From: Toensbergia leucococca
Lineage: Eukaryota
Assembly (NCBI GenBank): GCA_022813965.1
Contig: JALDZS010000172.1
Span: 1 to 50,122 of the forward strand
DNA length: 50,122 nt
Direction of reading: 5' to 3'
The notes beneath the pieces were generated by a model. The model ran no database searches. It was given only the letters and a program-made list of their open reading frames with translations, and had not been told where the DNA came from. Below, piece by piece: positions 14,178 through 25,624 of the stretch. The stretch's first letter is position 1, and each line of letters begins with the position of its first letter. A program made the translations under genes and the position numbers.

Positions 14178-14306
14178 GGCGGAGTGTGTTTGCCGAAGCC
14201 CAGTGCGTTGTAAAACAGGCTTTGGAAAAGTGGAAGACTTGGATGAGAGAATGGACGTGGTTCTAGTCAGGTCAGCAACCAGCTTTAAATCAAAGTCACC
14301 TAACAT

Positions 14307-14528
14307 GTGGGGTAACTTAGGGCTTGAGAGCGTACCGAAGAAAGGGTCTTATCAGATTCATATGAAATATTTGGAACGTGTTAAAGAAAGATTGAGGGAC
14401 AATGCAACATATAAAGTATGAGTCCCCTCTAGAAAGCTTCTAGGGCAAGCGGGGCATTCTGCTCAGTGAAAGTCCCGTCAATGACGATGACCTAACTTAA
14501 GTGCTTCTGGCTAAAGTCTCCGGCTAAA
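14307..14528. promoter_or_regulatory. Putative XlnR/Xyr1 sites (GGCTAAA at 14509-14515 and 14522-14528) and CreA-type SYGGRG sites (14307-14312, 14449-14454) upstream of xyl1
   Basis: Exact matches to the established XlnR consensus GGCTAA(A) in tandem, ~330 bp upstream of a xylose reductase ATG, plus two SYGGRG hexamers. Confidence 0.65.
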
Positions 14529-15112
14529 GAGGGACAATAGGTACCTTACCTGCTAAGGTATGCAGAGTTACTAGTCCCCCCTAGTGATTTTGGTTCTTGA
14601 GAAAATATTCTTGCATATCGAATACTCGTAGCTGTATGACAAACGTAGTCATGAAGGAAATGAAGCAGTTGAAGGATGAGTATGTAGTCGATTGTCGTCG
14701 ATTACCCATCACTGGGAGCATGGAATCACGACTGAGGAATTTTCTCTGGATGTACTCGTATGCTTCTGTACATAATCACTAGCTGGTGCAGCGCGGCCTA
14801 GTTTTCTGCATGGCATAAAAGACGTTACCTTATATAGAGAATTTCGAAAGCATGCAGCAACGAGATAGTAGAAAATGACTTTCAAGTCTCGCGGAAACCC
14901 ATTTTGAGATTCTCAACCAGATTGCTTTTAGCTTTCGAATAACCAACTATCTGATGATACATTGTATTCTACACGTTCCTCTTTCCCTGGTCTCCAAGCT
15001 GATGGCCCGAACGATGAAGGGAATGGTATGCAACTCCCCAGCGCCACAAGTGTGGTATATTCACCAGATAAAGCAAAGATTCTTCAAAAATGTACCGATT
15101 TTCGAAACTAGG

Positions 15113-15718
15113 TTACGACGAGAATTTCCGCGTGACCTTGGCAATTACTTGAGAGAACGTAAGCAACGGACCCAGAGGAGTGGACATTGATTGACATACT
15201 GTGTAACGCGACAACGCTAAAAATGAATCCAAGCGAAAGCACCAGAACGACTACCGGATCAACCTTAAGGCCAGGAGACTCATCCGTGTATAGTCCTAAG
15301 GTCCTCTATCAGCATCTCGAATCTCGACGCCACAAAGACCCATTTTGTTGCCAGAAAACCCTTCACAGCCTCTGTAGTGCTAAGCCCCTGCCTTGTCCCG
15401 TAAACGTACTTAACATGGTACTGCTGCTTCCCCCAGCGCCCGCTGCTCGCGTGCTAGTTGGCCGTGCATTGGCGACTTTATCAGCTCTGTCGGCTGCAGC
15501 TTTCCGACGAATGGCAGTCTTAGGTCCTCCAGGCGGTGACGACGGCCGTGCTGTACTCGAGCCGGCAGGTTGGGGCGAATTGACAGGAGAGCTTGGTCGT
15601 GGCGAAGACTGTTTGGAAATGGATTAGCGCTCTTGGCTTGTAACTCTTGGAATTCGGCTGAATTGTTGAATGTAACACGGCTCAAGCGAAGATTAGGAAG
15701 TCATCAATCACCTACCAT
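15113..15718 (-). CDS. SBH1: Sec61 translocon beta subunit; coding exons 15718-15716 (ATG), 15608-15410, 15295-15200, 15147-15113
   Basis: Spliced product M|SSPRPSSP...[56 protein letters not shown]. Not visible in the ORF track. Confidence 0.93.
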
Positions 15719-16213
15719 GGTTGTAGATGATTTGGAGCGGTTCAGGTAGACTTGGGAATTGGAGTTACAATGGAAGTAGTGTATGAGTACGGATATCGTA
15801 TGGAATAATTTGTTGGAGTATTTAGAGTAAAAGGACACGCACAAAGTTTTGGCCGATGAGCCTACCCTTGACAACGCTAGTGAAGCTCCTCTCATTAAAT
15901 TCGAAATATCTACAGTTGTATTTGGAGCAGTGTTCGCGTCTGCATCCGGTCCTAAGAACAATGTCTGGATCGAACAGGTCATTGTATGTGGGTCTCCCTA
16001 GTAAAGCTACAAAGATGCAAGAATGCCCCAGGTGCTTCTGCGTGTCTACTAAGTATGATAGTGCTGTGTGCAATTCTCTCAAGCTGAAGTTTCGTTTGAA
16101 TTGTACTGTATGCTGCATCAAATCTAGATTTTCCTAAGTTAGAGACAAGCCCTCAGCGCAGGAAACAGTGACCATTCGACCTTGCACAGCCGACTTTCCC
16201 TTTTGACGTCGCT

Positions 16214-17177
16214 CTAAGCAAATGTTGAAGGCCGATGAGCCGCGAAGATGCTTTTGCTAGTTTTCTTGGGGACGCGGTGAGGTAGAGGAAATTTAAGGTC
16301 CTTGGCAAGAAGCTGCTTGATGTATGGGCGCTTTACGTCTTCCGTCTTCCCAATCTCGACAACCTTGAGAATCTGAAGTAATGTATTAGATACATAGCCC
16401 CTTAATCAGACACTCTACCATTAACATACATGGATAGACCTGAATCGAGATCTATGTCTAGCAGCCATATCTTGATAGAGCGCGTCCACTGCCTCCGTCC
16501 TTGACATCTCCCGATATTCCTTGTACATGTTATGCGTACCGGAGCGTGAGTCGTACCGAATCCAGATACCAAAGTTCTTGACCTTCTGCGGACGCTTCTC
16601 ATGGATCTAAGCGTAAGTGTAACAATCAGCTGCGTGTTCAGTCCGCTGGCTCCACTTCATGCAGATTCTGCGTTCTTGGGATGACGTGACATACCACGTT
16701 GAGGCTGACAATCTCTCCATTTGCTTTCTTGACCTTTCGAAGCTTCATCAGGAAGTACCAAAACCTTGATTTGGCAACAACGGTATTGGGCGCAAATATA
16801 CGCATGCGGTACAGCTTAGGAGTTGGATTAATGTCTGTCGGCAGATGACGCCCAATAACTTGGTACTCGGTAAGGCGCCCTGAGGATTAAATCTTATCAG
16901 CATCAATGGTCCACGCTTCCAACTTGAACACGCAACGTGTTCTTTGATCTAAAGCAGAGGGCAAATTGCCGCGACGCATTCCGGCACATCGTATCTTAGG
17001 AAACTTTCATAAAAATGGAGTTTTATATGTCCCTGAATGTGCTCATACTCCAGACCGAACAATGTAGCATCAAAATGCTTAGAGTGGTGAGGGCATGGGA
17101 TAATAGTGTGTCAAGCCCATAAGGATTTGGCAGTTTGCCAACGCTTGAAATCAGTCATGGAGAAAGTGCTTACCCAT
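16214..17177 (-). CDS. RPL20: 60S ribosomal protein L20 (eL20/L18a); coding exons 17177-17174, 16879-16695, 16606-16430, 16372-16214
   Basis: [39 protein letters not shown]..., [39 protein letters not shown]. Confidence 0.95.
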
Positions 17178-17482
17178 TCTAATCCCATCAGTATATGTAG
17201 CAGTACGATAGGTGCGTGGTAGAGCTTACTTTGTTCGCTGTTGTTGAGCTTGAGGTTTGGCGCAACGACCGTCGTGAATTATCAGTTGATAAGAAGAGAG
17301 TGTGGTAGGGTTTGGATGCCCTTGAATTTAGCGAGAATTGTGAGCCCTCACTATATTAGCGCCCCAGCGCCCGTGTTGAATCAGAGAGAATGAAGCTTTT
17401 CTTGCTCCATTCTTTATCAAAATTCTTGGACCTCCATAGCGTCATGCGATGGTGGCGGCCTGAAGAAATGCCATAGAATAAC

Positions 17483-19219
17483 ATGGAGGTTCTGTTTCGA
17501 GATTTTGAGCAGGCTCAACTCATTGGGTTAGGGCCTCTTCTCGCAACCACCATAACCCCAATCGCGCCTCCAGATGATCCTCATCGCCTACAATACTTCT
17601 TCCGTGCTGCTAACAGCTTCTCTATTCAATCAGTCATTCGGGACGGCATATCATTGCACGCGACGTCTGAAATACGCTTCCTCAAACCAGAACGAAATGC
17701 TTGGGTAGACGTGTATGTTGCATATTGGAAAGCAATCGGGGAAATAATTGCGGGCGACACAGCGAAGGCTGATTGGTCAAAAGTTTACGAGGCATGGAAG
17801 GAAGTTGCAAATGTCATCATCAAAGGATATGCGAGTGCTGGGTTTCAGGCATGGACAGTACCATGTCTCTACGTTGCTGGACGTTATCTTCGCATATTCG
17901 CGATTAAGGCAGATGAAGGCGTGAGAGGTACTGGCACTGTGAATTTCAAGGCCGGCTTTCAGGATGATATCACGGGAGAATCTGGCAAGAATGAAAAGTT
18001 GGAGGATGCCGCGAGAGTGATTAACAGGATGTTTACTTTATGTATTAGTGATAGGTATGTAGTATTGTTATCAGTATCCTCTGTCGGCATGACTGTTTGA
18101 GTCTTGGCTAAGACTTGTATCCAGAGCACCGCTTGAAGAGTCTAGAAAATGGGGCCTCTACTACACCACCAATCTACTGTTCAAGACATACTTCAAGGTA
18201 AAGCTCTAACCCTCGACTTAATCCATTGTACTGATTGAGACTCCCTGCCAAAGCTAAACTCAATCGGCTTATCAAAAAATATCATCCGTGCACTTCAAGC
18301 TTCTAGAATGGATATGCCTCCTATAGAAGCCTTCCCTAAATCTCACATCGTCACATTTATGTACTATGTTGGGGTCATTCTCTTCCTCGAAGAAGACTAC
18401 GTCAAGGTAAATGTCGCAGTGCCTCCACTCTTCATCCATGTCCGCATACTTACGAAGGTGTGCTGCCTGCTAGGCAGAAGAGAACCTCACAAGTGCATGG
18501 ATGATGTGCCACAAAGAGGCAGAGCGGAACAAAGAGTATGCAATTTTTCGAGCCTATGGTTGATGTTGCTGACGCCAATTATTGAAGACTGATCCTCACA
18601 TACCTTATCCCCTGCCATTTGCTTACCACTCACACGTTGCCAACTATCCAGCTTCTCGCCCCATATCCCCGGTTACAAAAGCTTTTTCGTCCTCTAGGTA
18701 CCTGTATTAAACGAGGTGATCTTGCTGGTTTCGATGCTGCACTGGCCGCGGGTGAAGATGAATTTGTCAAGCGCCGCATCTACCTGACTCTTGAGCGAGG
18801 TAGAGATATCGCTCTCCGGAACCTACTTCGCAAGGTCTTTATCACTGGAGGCTTCGAAGATTCCAAGGATGGTGCCGTGCCTTTCCGAAGATCGAGGATC
18901 CCCGTCGACGAATTTACAGCGGCCATTCGATTAGGTAGCAAGACGCAAAATGAGAGGCTCGAGAACGATGAGGTGGAATGCTTACTGGCGAATATGATCT
19001 ACAAGGTTCGCCCCTCATTCTGCCTGATATCGCTGCCTTGGGCATACTTCGCTTGGGCCGTGCCACTGGCCATTTCTGAACCCTTCGCTGTATGCCTCGT
19101 CAAATGCGAACCGCTGACAGTTGTGGTGTTCCTAGAATTTGATGAAGGGATATATCTCCCGTGAGAAGGGTATCGTGGTCTTGAGTAAAAGTGGGGCCTT
19201 TCCTGGAACTGGTGTGTGA
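17483..19219 (+). CDS. CSN12: PCI-domain protein Csn12/PCID2-like; exons 17483-18054, 18125-18197, 18254-18406, 18474-18535, 18588-19005, 19136-19219
   Basis: [93 protein letters not shown]. Confidence 0.88.
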
Positions 19220-20012
19220 AAAAGACACGGCTCTTGGCAATGGTTTTATCCGCAGTAGCTTCGGTGACTTGATGACTCTTAAATTTCTCAACACCAACCG
19301 GCAACCGCTGGTCAAACGCTCTATACGGTTGAATCCTACATCGGTTTGCCAAATACAACCGAGGAGGCCCCCCTCGAGCTTGACACGCATAAAAGATAGA
19401 CCTCAGCTTAATTTAATATACTAGCGGAATCTTGTGCTCCAGTCAAATCCTTCATAGATGTGCCAATCTGTCGAGTCTGGATTTAGCTGATTGGAGACAT
19501 CCGACGTTGGGGCGTAGCCTCGAACATGCAAGACTTGGCTACCTACATATAGTATCTATTGGTGACTCACACCTTTAAGATGTTACCGAGCCAATCCTTG
19601 AGGAACGGCCCATAAATCATCAAAGCAAACCTGAACGATTACGAAGTCATATCACCTCCTGAGGCTAGAATATGGCGCTATAAACGTGAAGCCTCAAATC
19701 ATTCTAGCAAAAATATATAGAAAAAAGCTTTTAGCGTTGAAGCATCTCAGATTATTCCTAGCCATGGCGAACTAGTAGCTAAGCGGGTGAACACCGAAGC
19801 TCTTATAGAGAAAATCCCTACTCTGAACTCATACCCTCTAGAATCTAGCGCAGTCTCATTCACCTGAGCAGCACAATAGAAATAATTGTACAACCATGAT
19901 AACACACGCTTAAACGCCTGGTATTCCCAAAATCATATACACAGAAAGAACCGCTCGGGAGCTGAGATAATGGATATGAAAGGAGGTGAGGTGAATAGTG
20001 ATGATGAGGCTT

Positions 20013-21001
20013 CTATCGTGGCGATCTGGTAGCAGATGTAATGTCGTCCTGTAACGAGCTTCACTTTAGCAACATGTGATCATGAGCAGTGACGATTCAT
20101 CGTGACTCACCATGTGGTTGCACATTGCGACGAACAAATCAAAGAACCTGTAGAGAGATGCATGAGTATGGCTGTCCCAGGTGCGGATAGCTACGAAGAG
20201 TCATCTTACAGTTTGCCGCCAACCTCCATCTCCATTTGCATAGTACCGCTTCTCTTGAAAGTAGAACGGCTTCGTATGATAAGTGCCAAGTAGTGTGCCC
20301 GTAGCTTCGAGTCATTATCGGGCGTATTGGCATAGGCGTACCTAGCACTTGCGAGTATGGTGCTGCACTGAATGCCGGACTGGAGACCTTGTTTGCGAAG
20401 TGCTAACCGCTTGAGTTCATCTAAGCCATAGCGCTCGGCCGTGCAGTAGAGTAATGTATCTTTTAGCAAGACTTGTGCAGGCCCCTGATGATACACAGTC
20501 GACTCGATGGTGCCTCGGCCACCATTTTGATCAATGGCATCTTCCAGTTCCCAAGCATTACGACGTTTGTTATGAAGCAAGCGAGGGTAATAGTCTCCTT
20601 TGTAAAGGTATTCAAGGACAGAGGAGAAGATCTCGGGCAGCTCTTCGGGGAGATTTACACGCTTCGATGCCGATTCGAGAAATTGTCCACGACAAATGGC
20701 AGCGAAAAACGGGGATGTCGACAGCACGTCTTCGTGTGCGGCAAACAATCTTTGCTCGGGGCCCACGCAAAGTGTAACAATTGGCGAGGTAAGCGTGCTG
20801 ACACAGTAAGTAAGGTATCTTGAGGTGAGGTATTTGGTGTGCTCACCTTCCCAAGGACGGGCTACTTCCTGGCTTTTTAGGCTTCTCCGTCTTTTTAGTG
20901 GTATTAACATGCTCTCTAAAGGACCGTTTAGATTTACTCGTGGCTTTACCGGCACGATGCTTGGAGAAGCTATCCGTCTGATAAGTACGCCTAGCAAACA
21001 T
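20013..21001 (-). CDS. BTB/POZ domain protein (conserved fungal family); exons 21001-20847, 20797-20210, 20147-20111, 20048-20013
   Basis: SPIVTLCVGPEQRLFAAHEDVLSTSPFF...LPEELPEIFSSVLEYLYKGDY BTB signature; C-terminal LFFDLFVAMCNHMDD. Exons join in frame from ATG 21001. Confidence 0.85.
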
Positions 21002-22112
21002 TATGGAAAGCTATTCAAGGACAGCGTTCGAAGGTAATCAGATTATAACAAGCATTGAGTTTAAAAAGAGCAATTGAAAGAGAGCGATGTAGTTTCGGTA
21101 TTGAAATAGCTAGCTATTCGTAAAATGTTCCAGCAATCCGTGGTTGGGGGTGGAAAATTGGACGATTAAATGGTTATCAACGAGGCATCCTTGGGAGACG
21201 CGGCCGAGGGGTTTATAGCACGCGATTCGCAGTTAAAGTGCTCGCGTAATCAGGTGACTCTTCTCACTCACCTGATCCATTTCTGGACATGCACGGCCAG
21301 GACGCTGGGTTCCAGGGTGTGGGGAGATATTTGGTTCTTGCGAAAGCAGGGTTTAGTGTTTCATGCACACATGGCAGGGGACTCTTTCGGCATACGCTCA
21401 TCTTGCCGTGCCGTGGCCATCGGGAGAAAAATTGAGAGGCCCGAGGCAAGCTTCAGGTTTCCATGATCGATAAGAATCGCAAGACAGTATCCGTACCAAG
21501 AACAACAGCAATGTTGACTCATTGGTTCGGTCTTAATGAAGACATTTGGCAACAGTACGACGAGAACATCAATTGAGAGTGCGAGCAAAGACTTGTGCGA
21601 GGAGTTTGATAATGGCCAAAGGAACTAGAATAAGGTACCCCACGTTGGAAATTAGCTCCTTGGCTTAGAACTACCTATCCTTGTCGTCTTCCCTTGCTAT
21701 TTCCTGTCATGATTTTGCTACTTACCCACCCTTGCGCCCCGAATCTCTAGTCAGGAACCGCTTCCTCGCTCCTTGTCTCTTGTCAGGGGCAGACAATCTG
21801 GAATTGAGTCCTCCACTTGTCCGTGTTAATCAAGGAGAAATGGTGGCACTCATGGCACTAGCGGGCAGGGCAAGCGTTACGATAAACGTCAAGCTTTCAC
21901 CTCGATAACAATCTCAACAATTTGTTGTGGTCAGCTGGGATTGGAAGTACCCCGCCTTATCGATCAAAGAAGTTGGTTCATCTAGATTCACCTTTACCCG
22001 AAGACCCGCCTTCAACATTCTTATCTCTGCGATATACACACTCACAAGATATCGAACACGAAACAATCACGTCACATCTTATCACGATCTCCCAAATTTG
22101 GACCTCGAGATC

Positions 22113-23665
22113 ATGGCACCCAGCAATGATGGCACCGAGGAGAATTTCCGAACGATATATGAGAAGGCCAAAAGACAGGCCAAGGAGAATGCCAGGAAAC
22201 GAGGCATCACTCTGAGGCCTGCTATCACGAATACTAACGATCCAGGCTCTATTCCATCCCACCTTGCCCAGTCATCCCTCGACCCAGGCAGAGTTGCAGA
22301 GACAGTTGACTCACCGACGACTCAAATCAAGGAAGAATTTGAGAAGGCCTTGTGCTTTTCCGAGATCACTTCAGAGGGACCTCGTCCGGATACTGCTGTG
22401 GTACCGTTGGAAACTGCAAACAGGTTCGCCGGATTGAAGTCGGCTAAGAAGAGGAAACGACCCAGCGATGATTCCGTGAACGCATCGCCAGAGCTATCTT
22501 CGACAGGTGAGAATGTCACAGAATCCTCCAGCATCAAATCAGAAGGAAAGCAGCCTCATCCAAAGCGTCCCTTTGCACCTGTGAAGAAGCCTGCCAAAGT
22601 ACAGAAGTCAACCATTAGCCACGCGTAAGTATCAACCCCCAAATTTGTGATAGTAAGGATTGCCAGCTCATCATCATCAGTGAGCTCGTAAATACCCGTA
22701 CAACGAAGTATACATCCGAATGGTATGAGCGCATCAATATGAAGCAAAAGTACAACCGTTCAGACTTGCAGAATCTCAAATTCATCACGTCCCTCATCAG
22801 GGACTGTGAAAGCGCGGCTCAAGCTGGTGATGAACTGCGTCCGTTGTTTTCAAGGTTGAGACAGAAACTCCACCAGCTCGAGTTCTACGACTTTTTGTCA
22901 GATATTTTAATCAAGACTTCCAAATTGCTTGAAGCTGGAGGCCTCCCATCTATCTTTGACAATATCGGAGGAGTCAACTATCCGTGGGATCTGCGTGCAG
23001 ACAGTGAAGCGTTGCACCAAAAATGGCTTGCCGGTGTCATTGACCCTCATCTTTTGCGAGGTATCGATACGAAGGAAGTGAGAGGTACCAGTGGAAAACC
23101 CGTCAAAACTCGGAGTCTTCAGAAAGATTACCCGAGGAAGGTTTCTTGCAATTACATCGGACAAGGGAAACTTCAGAATGGCCAATGGTGGCCACTCCAG
23201 ATCTGTGCAATGCGGGATGGTGCCCACGGCGAAATTGAGGCAGGTATCCATGGTCAGCCTAGCAAAGGCGCGTATTCGATTGTGCTTAGTGGCGGAGGGT
23301 ACGCCGACATCGATGATGGCGATACATTGAAGTATTGCGGAACGTCGGGCGTTGGAGGCAAGCCAACCGCAGGTACTGAACACTTGAAAAATGCATTCAT
23401 TCTAGAAAATCCTGTGAGGGTGCTGAGATCATATGCGTTGGCCGCAAAGAACAAATATCGCCCCAGCAAGGGCCTACGATATGACGGGCTCTATTCCGTC
23501 GTCGATTTCGAGATCCTGGACAAAGACACTGCCATGCATCGATTTTCACTTCGGCGATGCCAAGGCCAAGACCCGATTCGATTCAAGGACGAGGAACAAC
23601 GTCCCACGGATGAGGAGCTTCGCGAAAACAGAAAAATCAGGGCCCTACTAGGCTACCTAACGTGA
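22113..23665 (+). CDS. SRA/YDG (SET and RING associated) domain protein without SET/RING; exons 22113-22624, 22681-23665
   Basis: GQWWPLQICAMRDGAHGEIEAGIHG, GAYSIVLSGGGYADIDDGDTLKYCGT, PVRVLRS and GLRYDGLY motifs of the SRA fold; N-terminal disordered region with a KKRKRP NLS-like motif. Confidence 0.87.
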
Positions 23666-24339
23666 CAGTATATATCGAATGAAGACCTCTCAGCGTGGGG
23701 CAATACTCTGTGCAAATACAACTCCGTGGGGAACATAAGATCCCTCGAGTCCCGGACACAAAAGATAGACTTGGCTGCGTTGGAATTTGTTCACTAATAT
23801 GCCCTCGGGTGAATAGGGAATGATAATCTGCTTACATTGCGACGGAGTCTGATTCATATGATACCCCTAAGTGAGAAATGGTATGGCTCATTTGCTCTCG
23901 GTTTGCCACTGTGCTTTTTGGTTTAGCAGCTTGTATAGAAGCGGAAATTTATGGATATCAAGGCCTAGATGGCAGAATCAGGGTATCAAGGCATAGATGG
24001 CCCAATCATAAACTACCTACTTCCTGCTGGGTATCAAACATGAAAATTCAAGTAGAGAACTCGTATGGACACACCCCACTCTGACTAAAACTATGCGGTA
24101 TTACCATTGTACTCATATCGTTCTTGCAATGCAACAGATATAATATGATGTGACACACTCCGCGGTGCCATACAAGTGGACGCGGTGATTGCCGCCGGGA
24201 ACTAGAAGGTACAATTCAGGTAACCTCTTCCTGTTTTACTCAAGATCTGTGCTCGTGAATTCTTCGGATCCAGGTCCCAAAACCACTACTCGTACACAGC
24301 ACCACTGCCATATATCTCGTACTTTTCAAATCCTAGGCA

Positions 24340-25558
24340 ATGGTCATGTGCAATTCTATGCCCTTCATACGACTGCAATCTGCGTACCTATACTCCACAT
24401 CTTATTTGGTACAAAGACATCATCCCTGTCACGGCCTACTCTATTTCACCTTCACCTTCAAGAACCGTAGATCTTTCAGTTTCGAACCCCTCTTCTTCCC
24501 CCCAGCCATATTCACAGGATTAGTGCTCACGTTATGGGCCTACAAATGCATCATGATGGTCGTTTTCCAGAACAAGATAATCTACATGCCCTCCATTCCC
24601 CCATTTTCGCGAGCGGAGAAGCTCATAGAGTATGCCACACTTTGCAACCCAGTGCAGTGGAACGAGCAGCACATCGAAGCATCAGATGGAACCAGAATTG
24701 CTCTTGCTGTAGGAGCCATGCCCAACTTGAGAACATGTGAGGGCACTGTTAAACGAGTACACATCGTGATTGTGTATTTCCAAGGGTTGGTGGTGGATCC
24801 AGGTAGAAAAGTACATGTATACTAATACTTATAGAAATGCTTCGTCACTACCTCCAAGGCTTCCGTATTTATCTGACGTGCTCAAAATGCTATACAGGTT
24901 CACGGTGGGCATGGAGCATCCACCAATCTTTACAATCGTAGGTCTGTCTTACCGAGGGTTTTGGACCTCAAGCGGGCGGCCATCACAAAGCGGTATTGAG
25001 CTCGATGCCGATGCAGCACTAGCCTGGGTCGCCAGGAAGTTCAACACCAGGCTAGAAGACATTAGGGTAGTGCTTTGGGGCCAAAGTATAGGCGCCGGCG
25101 TTGCGACAAATACGGCTTCGCGGTACTATCGAAAAGCTTCAGGGGTGGCAGTGCAACAGGATTTGGTCTCAATTGACGGACTATTACTCGAAACTCCGTT
25201 CGTAAGCATAAGGCACATGCTCAGAACACTATACCCTCAGTTCTGGCTCCCTTACCGCTACCTAGGTCCTTTTCTTCGCAACCACTGGGACAGCAGAAAA
25301 GCTCTGCAACAGATTGGGATGTCTAAAGTCAAGGAACTTCCAAGGATACTGATCCTGCAAGCCGGTAAGGACGAGCTAGTGCCTCCAGAACATGGAGTTG
25401 AATTAAACGATCTATGCAAAGAACTTGGAATGGACGTTCAGCGCAGGGAAATCTCTGGAGCTCTACACACAGAGATTGTTGCGAAGAAGGTAGGCCGCGA
25501 AAGCATTGCCAAATTTTTGAAGGATTTTGGGAAGTCCGAGAAAGTTCAAAAGAATTAA
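24340..25558 (+). CDS. Alpha/beta hydrolase, ABHD13/BEM46-like; exons ~24340-24785, 24835-25558
   Basis: TM segment followed by FQNKIIYMP, YFQGNA, SYRGFWTSSGRPSQSGI, GQSIG nucleophile, LETPF, DELVP and LH triad positions. Start may be 24358. Confidence 0.85.
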
Positions 25559-25562
25559 CGTG

Positions 25563-25593
25563 GATCTGATTAAGAGTGATATTTAATCAGATC
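25563..25593. repeat. Perfect 11-bp inverted repeat (GATCTGATTAA-9 nt-TTAATCAGATC) between convergent stop codons
   Basis: Read directly; lies in the 66-bp gap between the hydrolase and LysRS stops. Confidence 0.8.
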
Positions 25594-25624
25594 TGCTTTG
25601 AAAATAAACAGTCAGAAGTTAAAT

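Noticed and set aside
15187..15685. ORF-track proteins 15187-15627 (+) and 15410-15685 (-)
   Set aside because: Antisense or off-frame shadows of the spliced Sec61-beta gene.
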